This document shows positions 30,567 to 41,055 of a stretch of DNA of 64,000 bases, piece after piece. Origin of the DNA: Spirochaetia bacterium (GTDB lineage: Bacteria; Spirochaetota; Spirochaetia; DSM-2461); contig CAXXIA010000002.1 of the NCBI GenBank assembly GCA_963666985.2, forward strand, positions 160,001-224,000, given 5' to 3'. The position numbers and the translations under genes are program-made. The notes under the pieces are model-generated. The model saw nothing but the letters and a program-made list of their open reading frames with translations. It was not told the DNA's origin and did not search any database. The first letter of the stretch is position 1. Every line of letters starts with the position of its first letter.

Positions 30567-32453
30567 GTGAGTACAAAAAGAACTGTTCCGGATCCGGCGG
30601 GCAGAAGCGTCAAAATCCTCGCCGAACCGGTGGCGCGTAAAATCGCCGCGGGTGAGGTTATCGATCGGCCGTACGCGGCGGTGAGAGAACTCTTGGACAA
30701 CGCCCTGGATGCCGGAGCCGATGAGATAACCGTATCCCTCCTTGGAGGGGGCGTGAATGAAGTCAGGATTACCGACAACGGCTGCGGAATGAGCGCGGAG
30801 GATTTGGAACTCTGCTGGCTGGCTCACGCCACGAGCAAAATCACCTCCGTTGAGGATTTGGAATCGGCCGGAACCCTGGGATTCCGCGGAGAGGCTTTGG
30901 CGAGTCTGGCGGCCTGTTCAAGACTTGAAATGGTTTCCTCCAGAAAAGAAGGCGAAGCTTACGGCCTCGAAGTCCACGGCGGGAAAAAAGTCTTTTTCGG
31001 ACAAAAACCCGGGGGACTCGGTACGGTTGTTTCGGTACGGGATCTTTTCTTCAATCTGCCGGCAAGGCGGCGATTTCTTAAAACTTCACGAGCCGAATCA
31101 GGGCTCTGCCGCCGCGTGTTCCTTGAAAAGGCCGCGGCCCATCCCGAGAGAACCTTCCGGTTCTTCTCCGAAGATTCGATGAAAATTTATCTTCCGGGAG
31201 GAACGCCGGCCGAACGCATCATGGCGGCCTGGCCTTCCATCGCTCCGGAAGCCGCTTGGTGGGAAACTCGGGGTGAAGGCGACGGATTTGAATTCGTTCT
31301 CGTCCATGCCAGACCGGAGATAAACCGCAGAGACCGGCAATATATCCAAATTTACGTCAACGGCCGACGTATTGATGAGTTCTCTCTGGTTCAGGCGGTC
31401 CAATACGCCTACGACAGCCATATGCCGGGAGGCGCGTTTCCTTTGGCCTTTGTCTTTATCGACATCGATCCCGTTCTGGCCGATTTCAACATTCATCCGG
31501 CAAAGAAAGAAGCACGGTTCCGCGACATCCAATCGATCCGGCACCGCATCATCGATTCTTTAAAAGATCGCCTGCTGCACGAAGCCTACCAAAAAAGAAC
31601 TGTTTCTTCGGAACCGAATTTCGAACAATCGGAACTTCCCGCCGTCGGCGGTTCGAATAGGGAATCCGGAACCTACGTCGGTTATGCGAACGAATTATCG
31701 GGTGATACGGTTTCCGAAGTCTCCGACGGTTCAAAACCATTTAATCCGAGCGCTAAACCCGGAAACCGCGGCGACCGCACCATGGTGCTGCGCTGGACGG
31801 ATAGTCCCGTTATTCAAAAACCCAGCCGCTCAGCGGCGGCCTTATTCGGGGACGCCGCGACCTCTCTGAGGAATTCGAAACAAGCCGAATCGTCTCAGGA
31901 AACAAACTCATGCCGATTTCATTACCTTGGCCGGGCCATGGGTGTGTTTCTCGTGGCCGAACGTTCCAAATCACTCTACATCGTCGATCAGCACGCCGCA
32001 CACGAACGGATTCTCTTCGACGAGTATAGAAAAACTCCGCCTGTCGCCGAACGTCTTCTGATCCCCAGACCGCTGGAATTGGATGATTCGGCCCGGATGA
32101 AGCTGGAACTCCGCCGAGAGAGGCTCGAAGCCATTGGTCTTGAATTCGAAATCGATTCAAAAGGACGGATTCTCCTGATTTCCCTTCCCCAGGCCGCGAG
32201 AGGGATGGAGAATGAAATCGCCGAATTTTTGGAAACGGGGGCCGGCGATGCCGAAGGGATGGAGAAAGATCTCTGGGCAAATCTCTCCTGCAAAGCCGCC
32301 GTTAAAGACAACAGTATTCTCGACGATACGGCGGCCTGCGTTCTTCTGGAGAAAGTCTTCGCGCTGGAGATTCCGCGCTGCCCGCACGGCCGGCCCATTT
32401 GGTTTGAAATAAGCCGATCGGAACTGTTTTCCCTGGTGGGCAGAACGGTATAG
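30567..32453 (+). CDS. mutL: DNA mismatch repair protein MutL (endonuclease type)
   Basis: KIAAGEVI, ELLDNALDAG, GFRGEALAS, NIHPAKKE, DQHAAHER, SCKAAVK, CPHGRP. Confidence 0.97.
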   Translation: MSTKRTVPDPAGRSVKILAEPVARKIAAGEVIDRPYAAVRELLDNALDAGADEITVSLLGGGVNEVRITDNGCGMSAEDLELCWLAHATSKITSVEDLESAGTLGFRGEALASLAACSRLEMVSSRKEGEAYGLEVHGGKKVFFGQKPGGLGTVVSVRDLFFNLPARRRFLKTSRAESGLCRRVFLEKAAAHPERTFRFFSEDSMKIYLPGGTPAERIMAAWPSIAPEAAWWETRGEGDGFEFVLVHARPEINRRDRQYIQIYVNGRRIDEFSLVQAVQYAYDSHMPGGAFPLAFVFIDIDPVLADFNIHPAKKEARFRDIQSIRHRIIDSLKDRLLHEAYQKRTVSSEPNFEQSELPAVGGSNRESGTYVGYANELSGDTVSEVSDGSKPFNPSAKPGNRGDRTMVLRWTDSPVIQKPSRSAAALFGDAATSLRNSKQAESSQETNSCRFHYLGRAMGVFLVAERSKSLYIVDQHAAHERILFDEYRKTPPVAERLLIPRPLELDDSARMKLELRRERLEAIGLEFEIDSKGRILLISLPQAARGMENEIAEFLETGAGDAEGMEKDLWANLSCKAAVKDNSILDDTAACVLLEKVFALEIPRCPHGRPIWFEISRSELFSLVGRTV

Positions 32454-32576
32454 CCGGACATCCTCGCCGGCGTTACGTCCTTGGCTTATAACCCTTTCAT
32501 TCACGGGGATTCCCGGGCGGATGAACGAACAGGCGGCCGGCCGACGAGGTGAAAAATCATGCGCCCCGGCGGGCGG

Positions 32577-34610
32577 TCAGTTCACCAGCAGCTTTAAATC
32601 CGCCAGAGCGGGATAGGAGGGATCAATCCGTTCCAAATCGGAAACGGCCTTCGAAGCCCCTTCACTGTCGCCTGAAGAAAAACGCAGCCGGGCAATCCTG
32701 TCGTAGGCCTCGCTCCGTTTCGAATCCAGGCGAATCACCGTTTCATAAACCTTGAGCGCCCTTTGAACATCACCGGTTTCCGTAAGAGCCAAGGCCAGGT
32801 TCATCTGCAGATCCGCGTCGTTCGGCTCCGCACCGACAGCCTTTTCGAAGAACTTCAAACTGTTGGCATAGTCCTCGGTATGCAGGTACACCTTGCCGAG
32901 ATTATTCCACACAACGGGAGAATTCGGTTCGATGCGCAGCGCTTCCAGAAGAGATTCCAAAGCTTTGTTATAATCGCCCGTTCCATCATAGAGAACACCG
33001 AGATTAATTCGGGGTTTGGCGTATCCCGGATCGATGGATGCCGACTGACGGTAGGAATTGACGGCCTGGTCGGTCATCCCCGCCTTCTCGGCCGCCTGGC
33101 CGAGTGTGTAGAGATAGACGGCGTTGGTTCCGTCGCTCTTCACGGCCGCCGCGGCTTTGGAAAGCGCGTCATCCGTATCGCCGAGCATCAGCGAAGTCAA
33201 AGCGAGGTTGTACAGCGTATCCCCGTGTGACGGTTCCAGTTCCAGAGCCTTGGAATACGCACTTCGGGCTTCATTATACGATTTCGCTCCGTAGTAAGCC
33301 GCGCCGAGACTGCGCCAATAGGCCGCTTTGTCCGGTGAAAGATTCGCGGCCATGGTGAATGAATCGATCGCTCCGGACCAATTTTCGTTCGCCAGATAAA
33401 TCTTTCCCAATTCGTATCGGCTGGGAGCATGATCCGGCCTGGCTTTCACACTTTCGGAGAATGCTTTCGCCGCATTCTGAACACGGGATGTTCTTAAGTA
33501 ACTTAGGCCCAGGTTGAACCAGTTTCCCTGATAATCGGGTTCGATTTTAGAGACCTTTTCGAAGGACGCCGCGGCATCGCCGTACCGTTTATCTCTGAAT
33601 TGAACCTTTCCGAGTTCATACCAAATCTGAGTCATGCCGCCGTTCAGACGGGCGGCCTTTTCAAAAGAAGCGATGGCATCGCCCAGATTTCCTTCCGCCG
33701 CCTTTATCTGGCCAAGCCGGAAATGAGCGTTCCAGTCTTCCGGATTTCTTCTGAGGGCCTCTTCATAGGCGCTTCGGGCCCGCCGTCGATTCTCACTGTT
33801 TTCCGGATCGGCCAGATACCAGGCATCGCCTTCTACGGCCCAGGCATCGCCCGAATCGGAATCGAGCTCTCTTGCCTCGGCGGCTTTTTCCCTGGCCTCC
33901 GACCAGCGTCCGGACTCAACGGCGCGATGAGCCTCTTCCAAAAGCCGTGTTAGCCGTCTCTCCCGTTCTTCGCGAGCGGCCCTCTCGGCCGCCGATTCGG
34001 CGTCTCTGCGGGCTTGTTCGGCATCTCTCTTCAAACTCCGGGCCGCCGATGAATCGGGCATGATGCGCAAGGCGTCGTTGGCCGCCTCGATCGCCTCGTC
34101 GAAACGCTGCCTTTCAAGCGCCTTTCGCCCCTTCTCCACGAGAGCTTCAACTTCCTGCTTTTGGGCCTCTTCCTGACGCCGCCGTTCGGCCTCGGCCCTT
34201 TCCCGGGCCGCTTTATCTTCCGGATTTTCTCTGTTGATGGACTCCCCCAGCTTTTCAAGGCTTTCGGCGAGTTCCTTATTTTGTTCCCTTTGGGCATCCA
34301 ATTCGGCCTGCAGGGATTTTTCCTCGGCCGCCCGTCTGGCGCTGATAACATCATCACGCAATCGGCGCGCTTCTTCATCTTGGGCATCATCTATCAAAAG
34401 ATCATTCAGAAGATCCAGCGCCATCTGGTATTCGCCCTGATCGGCGTAATCCCGGGCCAATACGAGAATATTATCCCGGCGCGACAACGATCCGTTATCC
34501 GCATCGTTCCCGCCGCCTCTCGAACGCAGTCCGAAAAAAAGCCCCAAAGAAAGAAGAATCACCAGGAGGGCCGCTCCTCCGATAACGAGGATTTTCTTAT
34601 CGATTCTCAT
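32577..34610 (-). CDS. Membrane-anchored multi-TPR protein with coiled-coil
   Basis: N-terminal TM helix, E/R/A coiled-coil, more than 10 TPR repeats. Confidence 0.88.
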   Translation of the reverse strand: MRIDKKILVIGGAALLVILLSLGLFFGLRSRGGGNDADNGSLSRRDNILVLARDYADQGEYQMALDLLNDLLIDDAQDEEARRLRDDVISARRAAEEKSLQAELDAQREQNKELAESLEKLGESINRENPEDKAARERAEAERRRQEEAQKQEVEALVEKGRKALERQRFDEAIEAANDALRIMPDSSAARSLKRDAEQARRDAESAAERAAREERERRLTRLLEEAHRAVESGRWSEAREKAAEARELDSDSGDAWAVEGDAWYLADPENSENRRRARSAYEEALRRNPEDWNAHFRLGQIKAAEGNLGDAIASFEKAARLNGGMTQIWYELGKVQFRDKRYGDAAASFEKVSKIEPDYQGNWFNLGLSYLRTSRVQNAAKAFSESVKARPDHAPSRYELGKIYLANENWSGAIDSFTMAANLSPDKAAYWRSLGAAYYGAKSYNEARSAYSKALELEPSHGDTLYNLALTSLMLGDTDDALSKAAAAVKSDGTNAVYLYTLGQAAEKAGMTDQAVNSYRQSASIDPGYAKPRINLGVLYDGTGDYNKALESLLEALRIEPNSPVVWNNLGKVYLHTEDYANSLKFFEKAVGAEPNDADLQMNLALALTETGDVQRALKVYETVIRLDSKRSEAYDRIARLRFSSGDSEGASKAVSDLERIDPSYPALADLKLLVN

Positions 34611-35381
34611 TTAGTCCTCCAGGAGGGAATCTTCGAATTCCTTTCGAATGTCCTCCGTGCCGGCGCTCACGCTTGTCGTATCGTCTCCGCTGTCGCTCAG
34701 AGAATCAAGCACTTCCCGCATTAAAGCTTCTCTCCTGGCCTGTTCTTCGGCTTTTCGGGCTTCTTCGGCAAGACGGCGGGCTTCGGCGGAGCGCGCCGCC
34801 TCAATGTCTTCGGACAAGAGGGCGATAATTTTTTCTATCGTCTCTCTGTCCGGGGCGTTCGGCTCCATGACAAGATAATTCTCATAATCTTCCAAAGCCG
34901 CAAGATGCTTTTCGCCGACCAGTTCCAGGTTCGCGCGGTTTAACAGGGCCGAAGGCGTATAAGAACCTCCGGCGTCCACAACCCTCGTATAATCCTCCAG
35001 GGCTCCCTCAAGATTCCCCCGAACCCAGCGGAGATTTCCTCTGCGGAAAAGCAGAGAATCTTTTTGAGGACCGCTCAGAGCGATACCGCCGGTATACGCT
35101 TCTTCCGCGTCTTCAAACCGTTTTATTTCATGAAAACAGATTCCGAGATATAAAAAATATTCGTCGTTTCCAGGATCAATTTCTCCGGCTTTTCCGAAAA
35201 AAGCCGCCGCGTCGGCATTCTTTTGCCAGCGAAAAGCGTCCAGACCCTTCGCAAACCACTCGTCGGCGGTTTGCGCTCCGAGAGAAATCGGTATACAAAT
35301 AATGATGATGACTAACATTATTGATCCGAAAGTTTGTTTGACACTTCGGTTTGATGTCACTACCCTTGCATCAGCCTCCAT
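34611..35381 (-). CDS. Exported TPR protein (true start possibly 35318)
   Basis: Signal peptide ending SLGA-Q, about 4 TPRs, coiled-coil tail; stop abuts the next ATG. Confidence 0.82.
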   Translation of the reverse strand: MEADARVVTSNRSVKQTFGSIMLVIIIICIPISLGAQTADEWFAKGLDAFRWQKNADAAAFFGKAGEIDPGNDEYFLYLGICFHEIKRFEDAEEAYTGGIALSGPQKDSLLFRRGNLRWVRGNLEGALEDYTRVVDAGGSYTPSALLNRANLELVGEKHLAALEDYENYLVMEPNAPDRETIEKIIALLSEDIEAARSAEARRLAEEARKAEEQARREALMREVLDSLSDSGDDTTSVSAGTEDIRKEFEDSLLED

Positions 35382-35398
35382 AAAATCGGAATTGTAGT

Positions 35399-36787
35399 AT
35401 GGACACGGGAATCTTAATTTTATTCATCATTATAGCCGCCGGATTCCTCGGAGTCCTGGTTTTTTTCCTCGTTAAGAGTTTAGCCGCTCCCCGACGCATA
35501 TCCACGCTTCAGCAGCAGATGAAGCAGGGAAAAACGAGCCAGGCGATTCGAAGCGCCAAGCAGATCCTCGCGAAAGATACCCGAAACTGCGAAGCGCACT
35601 ATCTCTTGGCCCAAGCTTATCACAAAGACGGAAAACCGGAATTGGCCCTTATGGAATACAAAGCCGTCAACCAGCTCAGTGATTTTTCCGGCATCTGCAA
35701 AGAAGTTCCGTTTCGCAAGGCTATTCTCTCACTCTTTCTCCAATTCGGCCAAGATGAAGAAGCCCTGAAGGAATTGCTCCTTCTGATAAAGCTGGAACCT
35801 TACGAATCGGAACACTACTACCAGGCCGGAGTCCTTTTTGAAAAACGCAACAAAGCTGCGCAGGCATCGCAGTTCTATAAAAAGGCTCTCGAAGTCAATC
35901 CGCGGCATTCGGACAGCTGGTTCGCGTACGGATCTCTTATGTACAGAGCCAAACGGCAGCCCGAAGCCAAAGAAGCTCTGCAAAAAGCTTTGAAGCTCAA
36001 ACCGGATAATTACAAAGCCTACTTCTACCTCGGACGGATCTTCAAAGATGCCCGGGACTATAACGGTGCCCTGGGAGCCTTCGAGAACGCACAGAAAGAC
36101 GCCGATTTTAAAACCAAGTCGCTGATTGAACGGGGCTCCTGCCTTATCGCGATGAAGAATTACAGCCGGGCACAGTCGGAACTGGAACGGGTTATGAAAC
36201 TTCCCGATATCGATGATGATTCCAACGAAATCATGCATGCCCGATATTTTCTGTCGATGTGCTATGAGCATACGAGGAACATCGATAAAGCCATAGAACA
36301 GTGGGAACACCTCTACGCGAAAAAGAAAAACTTCCGGGATGTCGCCGAAAAACTCAGCCAATACCAGGAATTAAGGGGCGACGATCGAATAAAGGATTTC
36401 ATTACCGAAAGCCCTGAAAAATTCGAAAAAACCTGTCACAAACTGGTTGAGGCCATGGGCTTGTCCGTTACCGAATATTCAAGCCACTCGGAAGGATGCC
36501 AAATAACCGCGGTTGAAAAGAGTACGGGCCAATGGAGGAATACCAGAAAATTCCCAAAATTCATACGCATCACACGGATTCCGGAAACTATTGATTTACC
36601 GGTTATCCGGGATTTTCATGAAGTGATGAAAAAAGCCGGAGTAAACAGGGGATATTACATCTGCAGTTCCAATTTTACCCGTTCGGCACAGGAATTCGTG
36701 GAATCCCGTCCCATAGACCTTATCGCCAGGGATCAGCTCCAGGAACTCTTAAAAAAAGCGGAAGCACTGGGTAAAGGATCAAGTTGA
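35399..36787 (+). CDS. Membrane-anchored TPR protein with C-terminal Mrr-like restriction-endonuclease-fold domain
   Basis: N-terminal TM, TPRs, then FEKTCHKLVEAMG...GYYICSSNFTRSAQEF...IDLIARDQL (Mrr_cat pattern). Confidence 0.82.
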   Translation: MDTGILILFIIIAAGFLGVLVFFLVKSLAAPRRISTLQQQMKQGKTSQAIRSAKQILAKDTRNCEAHYLLAQAYHKDGKPELALMEYKAVNQLSDFSGICKEVPFRKAILSLFLQFGQDEEALKELLLLIKLEPYESEHYYQAGVLFEKRNKAAQASQFYKKALEVNPRHSDSWFAYGSLMYRAKRQPEAKEALQKALKLKPDNYKAYFYLGRIFKDARDYNGALGAFENAQKDADFKTKSLIERGSCLIAMKNYSRAQSELERVMKLPDIDDDSNEIMHARYFLSMCYEHTRNIDKAIEQWEHLYAKKKNFRDVAEKLSQYQELRGDDRIKDFITESPEKFEKTCHKLVEAMGLSVTEYSSHSEGCQITAVEKSTGQWRNTRKFPKFIRITRIPETIDLPVIRDFHEVMKKAGVNRGYYICSSNFTRSAQEFVESRPIDLIARDQLQELLKKAEALGKGSS

Positions 36788-38358
36788 ACTTCCTGGCGGT
36801 TGCCGATCATGTCGATCCCTTGGTATATTCCCGGAACATCAAGGAAAGGTTCGAAGGAATCGACTGCGTTTTCGGTGCCGGAGATCTTGAGCTTCCCTAT
36901 TATGAATACATCATCTCCTGCATCAACAAACCTCTTTATTTCGTCTTCGGAAACCATAATCTGAAGGGTCTTTCGTTTTTCAGACCGACATCGAATGAAG
37001 TCTCTTCCGCCGGATGGGAAACCCATCAGGCGGGTTTGGGATACGGTTCCATCTGCATCGACGGAAGAATAAAAAGAAATAAGAAACTGAACATCATCAT
37101 CGCGGGTTTGGGAGGCAGCAGAAAATACAACAACGGAAAAAACCAATTCTCCGAAACGGAAATGTTCTTCCGTATCCTCAGGCTGATTCCCGCCATGATG
37201 TGCAACCGTGTGTTCCACGGCCGGTATGTCGATGTGCTTCTAACCCACGCAACGCCTGAAGGAATCCATGACCGTGACGATCCGTGTCATAAAGGGTTTA
37301 AAGTCTTTCTATGGTTCATGAAAGTCTTCAAACCGCGTTATCTTATTCACGGACATGTTCATCTTTATGATATTAATGCCAATCGAGAGTCGTATTATGC
37401 GGAAACGACTGTGCTCAATGCTTACGATCACATCGTCGTCGATTGGGAGGAAGGAATGAAAGACAACTCCTTTGTAGTAAGCCAAGCCGAACAGGATTTT
37501 ACAAAAGCCCGGCATAAAGCCTGGATTCAATCCATGATATCCATACTCAATCCCGAAGCAGGACAATTGCTGTCGTTTCACGATATCAAAAACATTCTCA
37601 AACCGGGAAAAGAAATCTATTTGGGCATGCAGACCGTGCCCATTAAAAGCATTATAGGGAGCGAAGACCGCTATCTTGATTTCAGCCGGCACTTTTTCCC
37701 GAAAAAAGAACACCTGCGCCAGCGGTGGACAAGCATCGACAAAGCCCATTTGACCGATGTCGTTCTTCCGCCCATAAAACTCTTAAAGTTGGCCAACATG
37801 TACTTCGTCCGCGACGGGAATCACAGAGTTTCCGTCGCCCTTATGCAGGGAGCGGAGGCCATCGACGCCGAGGTAATCGAGCTGTCCTCCGAAGTGGAAG
37901 TCGCTGAAAACGCTACGCGCGAGGAAATCCTGGAAGCCGTTCTTTCATACGAACGAACCCGCGTTCTGGAACAAACGGGCCTGGATAGAATCATCCCCGT
38001 TGAAATGATCGACTTTACCGCTCCCGGGCGATGGCATGAAGTGCTTAATCACATTGAAGGCCATAAATACTTCATCAATATGGACCAAAAAGAAGAAATT
38101 TCCTTCGAAGATGCGGCACGTTCCTGGTACAACACCCTTTATGTCCCCATTATCGAAATTATTCGTTCCGAGGGTCTCCTCTCGCGTTTCCCCGGCAGAA
38201 CCGAAGCCGACCTCTACATCTGGGTTATTAAGCACTGGCACAGTCTTAAGGAAAAATACGGTCAGGAATATCCTCTCGATCAGGCCGCGCACGAATATGC
38301 GGCGGTGCATGGGAAAGGCTGGTTTACACGCTTAAAGAAGCGGCTCTTGAAGAAATAA
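36784..38358 (+). CDS. Metallophosphoesterase fused in frame to a ParB/Srx-like + DUF4032-like protein
   Basis: ADH, AGDL, FGNHN, LLTH and HGHVH calcineurin-like motifs; then PPIKL...YFVRDGNHRVSVA and FPGRTEADLY; internal RBS and ATG at 37456. Confidence 0.8.
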   Translation: MNFLAVADHVDPLVYSRNIKERFEGIDCVFGAGDLELPYYEYIISCINKPLYFVFGNHNLKGLSFFRPTSNEVSSAGWETHQAGLGYGSICIDGRIKRNKKLNIIIAGLGGSRKYNNGKNQFSETEMFFRILRLIPAMMCNRVFHGRYVDVLLTHATPEGIHDRDDPCHKGFKVFLWFMKVFKPRYLIHGHVHLYDINANRESYYAETTVLNAYDHIVVDWEEGMKDNSFVVSQAEQDFTKARHKAWIQSMISILNPEAGQLLSFHDIKNILKPGKEIYLGMQTVPIKSIIGSEDRYLDFSRHFFPKKEHLRQRWTSIDKAHLTDVVLPPIKLLKLANMYFVRDGNHRVSVALMQGAEAIDAEVIELSSEVEVAENATREEILEAVLSYERTRVLEQTGLDRIIPVEMIDFTAPGRWHEVLNHIEGHKYFINMDQKEEISFEDAARSWYNTLYVPIIEIIRSEGLLSRFPGRTEADLYIWVIKHWHSLKEKYGQEYPLDQAAHEYAAVHGKGWFTRLKKRLLKK

Positions 38359-38580
38359 CCATTTTACAGGGGTAAGCTCCAATCCGGCCTCCCGGTATTA
38401 CGTTCACAAAACGGCGGCTTGTGGGAAACATATCGTTTACTTGCGAACGCGCTTAACGGGCCGTTAATAAACCATCCGCCGACTTCAATTCGTTCCCATA
38501 TGCCGCCGTTTCGCTGTGTTGAGATTTTCGGGACACCAAACCCTCAGCCTCAATCTCCCGCAATCATCTAATCGGAGATT

Positions 38581-39378
38581 TTACTCCGATGGACTCAAAC
38601 GGCGCGGCGGCTTCCCGGGAGAAGCGGAATCTTCCCCCGCCGGAGTCCCTTCAGCACCCCTCTCCGTGGGAAATGGCCCGATTCGAAAACCCCTCGCCGC
38701 ATTCTCATCAACCCGTGCGGCCTCGGAGCTCCCGCCGCCGGAAGAATCATCGAATCCGAACCAGAGTTCCCACCAAAGGGCCCCTGCAAAATCCGGAACA
38801 TCGCCGTCGAAGACCTCAGAGCGGCTTAAAAAAACCCTTTTCTCTCCGCGAAGAATCAGATCACCGCTTGTAAACGGACCGGTAAGGCGGATAACACCCT
38901 CATCAAGAGTAACCTCCGGCCAGTCGATGTTCTCCGGATCGGGCCTGTCGGATAAAGGCCGAAACGTTATTTCATCAGTCCGCCCGGCCAGATCGGAAAC
39001 CCGGACCGTATACAATCCGTCCGGAAGACTCATCCCCATGTGGGGAATCATCGGCGGAAGTCCCCAAAGATTCTCCTCATCGGGAGCTTGAGTCCATTCA
39101 CCGCTGCTGAACATCCATTCCAAATCGACCGACTCAATCAGTACCGTCAAAGACGCCAAATCGGCGCTGCCGTCGGGATCCGACGCCCTGAAAAAACCGT
39201 AAAGCTCCTCGTAACGGTGCTCTCCGTCGTCCCGATAGAGAATGCGCCATTTCCACTCCTCGAGAGTCGGCGCGGTTCCGCTGCAGGAAGCTGAAAAAAA
39301 AGCGATGCAGACGCAGACAAAAAAGCGGCTGATAACCGCAATGCCGATAGAACTCCGCTGCCGGAACGGCCTTTTCAT
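38581..39378 (-). CDS. Hypothetical lipoprotein
   Basis: Lipobox-like FSASC after a hydrophobic signal; overlaps the upstream gene stop (ATGA). Confidence 0.65.
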   Translation of the reverse strand: MKRPFRQRSSIGIAVISRFFVCVCIAFFSASCSGTAPTLEEWKWRILYRDDGEHRYEELYGFFRASDPDGSADLASLTVLIESVDLEWMFSSGEWTQAPDEENLWGLPPMIPHMGMSLPDGLYTVRVSDLAGRTDEITFRPLSDRPDPENIDWPEVTLDEGVIRLTGPFTSGDLILRGEKRVFLSRSEVFDGDVPDFAGALWWELWFGFDDSSGGGSSEAARVDENAARGFRIGPFPTERGAEGTPAGEDSASPGKPPRRLSPSE

Positions 39379-40895
39379 ACAACCACCCTCGCATCGCCGT
39401 CCTCGGCCCGAACAAGAGAACCCTCATCCTCCATCACCGCGAGCACCTCCAGCGTCACCGCGCGGCTGCCGCCCAGACGAGAACGCGCTTCGGCAAGGGA
39501 AAACCGGCTGCCGGACTCGGCATGACCAAGAATAACGGCCGCGGCCTCCGTATAGGCCGCTCTGGAAAGCCAAACCGCCTCGCCCCCCGCAATCAAACCC
39601 GATCGCGCAAGAGCGCCCAGAGCCTCCCTGTCCGCATCCGAAGAAGCCGCACGGATTCGAATTCCCTCAAGCCCCGCCGCCTCAATCCGTCCGAGCCATC
39701 CGCGGTGAAAAGGAGAAAGAGGCGGCTCCCCGGGCGGGAAAAACCAGCCGCCGCGCTCAACCAATTCCCCCCGGAAACACATCGAAACCGCTAAAGAAAG
39801 AACCAGATCGTCCGGATATCCCGGAAGACGTAAAACCGCCTTATCCGCCCCGCCGGGACGCCTGGCGAGCTTCCGAATTTTTCCTTCCAGAATCTTCCGC
39901 CTGTCGTCCAGAAGCACCCAATTCCCGCACCGCGCGGCATTCGGCCACTCCCGGCCGTCCAAAACCGGCGGGAGGCGGACAAATCCGAGAACATACAACA
40001 GCCGTCCGTAGATTTCGGCCGCATCGGGATGCGGATTCGGCCGCCGCATCCCCGACTTCTCCAGCCGCCGCTGCTCATCGGCCTCCGGCCTTCCCGGCCA
40101 AAGAAGCGTCAGCGGCCGAACTGTGCCGCTCTCCCCAACAGAAAAAGTATATTCGGCGCCGGGAAGCAGAGGAAAAGGATGGGGAAACCGGACCGAAATA
40201 TAAGCCCCTTCGGCCTTCAATCGGCCCCGGCCGATCAACCCCTCCAGATTAAAAGACGGATCGGGCCCGCCGCAAAAGGCCGCGGGCTCATCGGGCACAA
40301 TCCCGCCGTCGTGAAGAAACAGCGCCTCCCGCCCCTCGGCAACCGGCCATTCCCGCGGAAGGAGAACCGCACCCGCCTTTAGAAAGGAACGCGCGGCGCC
40401 CTTAATCTCCACAATCCTTCGCCCGGCCTCCTCCGAAACAACCCGAACCCGAACACTTTTATCCCCCGGAAACAGGCGCATCGGCAGCCGCGCCGCGAAG
40501 TCCCGCTCAACATCAGCATCAACGGCATCAGCATCAACCGCGTCATCCGCGCCATCAACCTCATTATCGGGGAAACCTCCGGCCGCCGGTTCACAGAGAG
40601 CCTCGACGAACTTCCCCTCACCTTTCGGCAGAACCTCCCGGATTCGATACCCCGGCGCCGACAGACCCTTGGAAACCTCACCCACGGTGCCACTCCTCAA
40701 TACTTCCATAATAGCGGGTTTCACCGGCCTGTCCCACAGGATGAGCTCTTCGGCTTTTTTTAAGGTGATCCCGGCGGCCTGATTGCCGGAGCACTCTCCG
40801 GCCTCCCGGCCGCCTCTTCGAAGCTTCCGCGCCAAGCCCTTCGCCCTGCAGGAAGCTCCCGTCACACCGATACCGGCACCTCCTCCCCGCCGCAT
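39375..40895 (-). CDS. SelB-like protein with C-terminal winged-helix domains and no recognisable GTPase domain (start uncertain)
   Basis: C-terminus FSLAEARSRLGGSRAVTLEVLAVMEDEGSLVRAEDGDARV matches the SelB WH4 pattern; no GHVDHGK motif. Confidence 0.6.
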   Translation of the reverse strand: MRRGGGAGIGVTGASCRAKGLARKLRRGGREAGECSGNQAAGITLKKAEELILWDRPVKPAIMEVLRSGTVGEVSKGLSAPGYRIREVLPKGEGKFVEALCEPAAGGFPDNEVDGADDAVDADAVDADVERDFAARLPMRLFPGDKSVRVRVVSEEAGRRIVEIKGAARSFLKAGAVLLPREWPVAEGREALFLHDGGIVPDEPAAFCGGPDPSFNLEGLIGRGRLKAEGAYISVRFPHPFPLLPGAEYTFSVGESGTVRPLTLLWPGRPEADEQRRLEKSGMRRPNPHPDAAEIYGRLLYVLGFVRLPPVLDGREWPNAARCGNWVLLDDRRKILEGKIRKLARRPGGADKAVLRLPGYPDDLVLSLAVSMCFRGELVERGGWFFPPGEPPLSPFHRGWLGRIEAAGLEGIRIRAASSDADREALGALARSGLIAGGEAVWLSRAAYTEAAAVILGHAESGSRFSLAEARSRLGGSRAVTLEVLAVMEDEGSLVRAEDGDARVVV

Positions 40896-41055
40896 CGATT
40901 TTCCATACCGGAAACGAATGAATGGGAAAAAAAGATGTTAAGAGCCGTAGAAGGACTTGATTTCAAAAATCGCCGATTTTTAAAATCTTGAAATCCAAGG
41001 TGCCATCATTTATTGATATTGTTTTTAATAAGCTCGGCCGGGAATAATAAAGCAC

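Noticed and set aside
35399..36787. Active type IV restriction / anti-phage system
   Set aside because: Catalytic residues appear degenerate, the protein is membrane-anchored and the context is housekeeping
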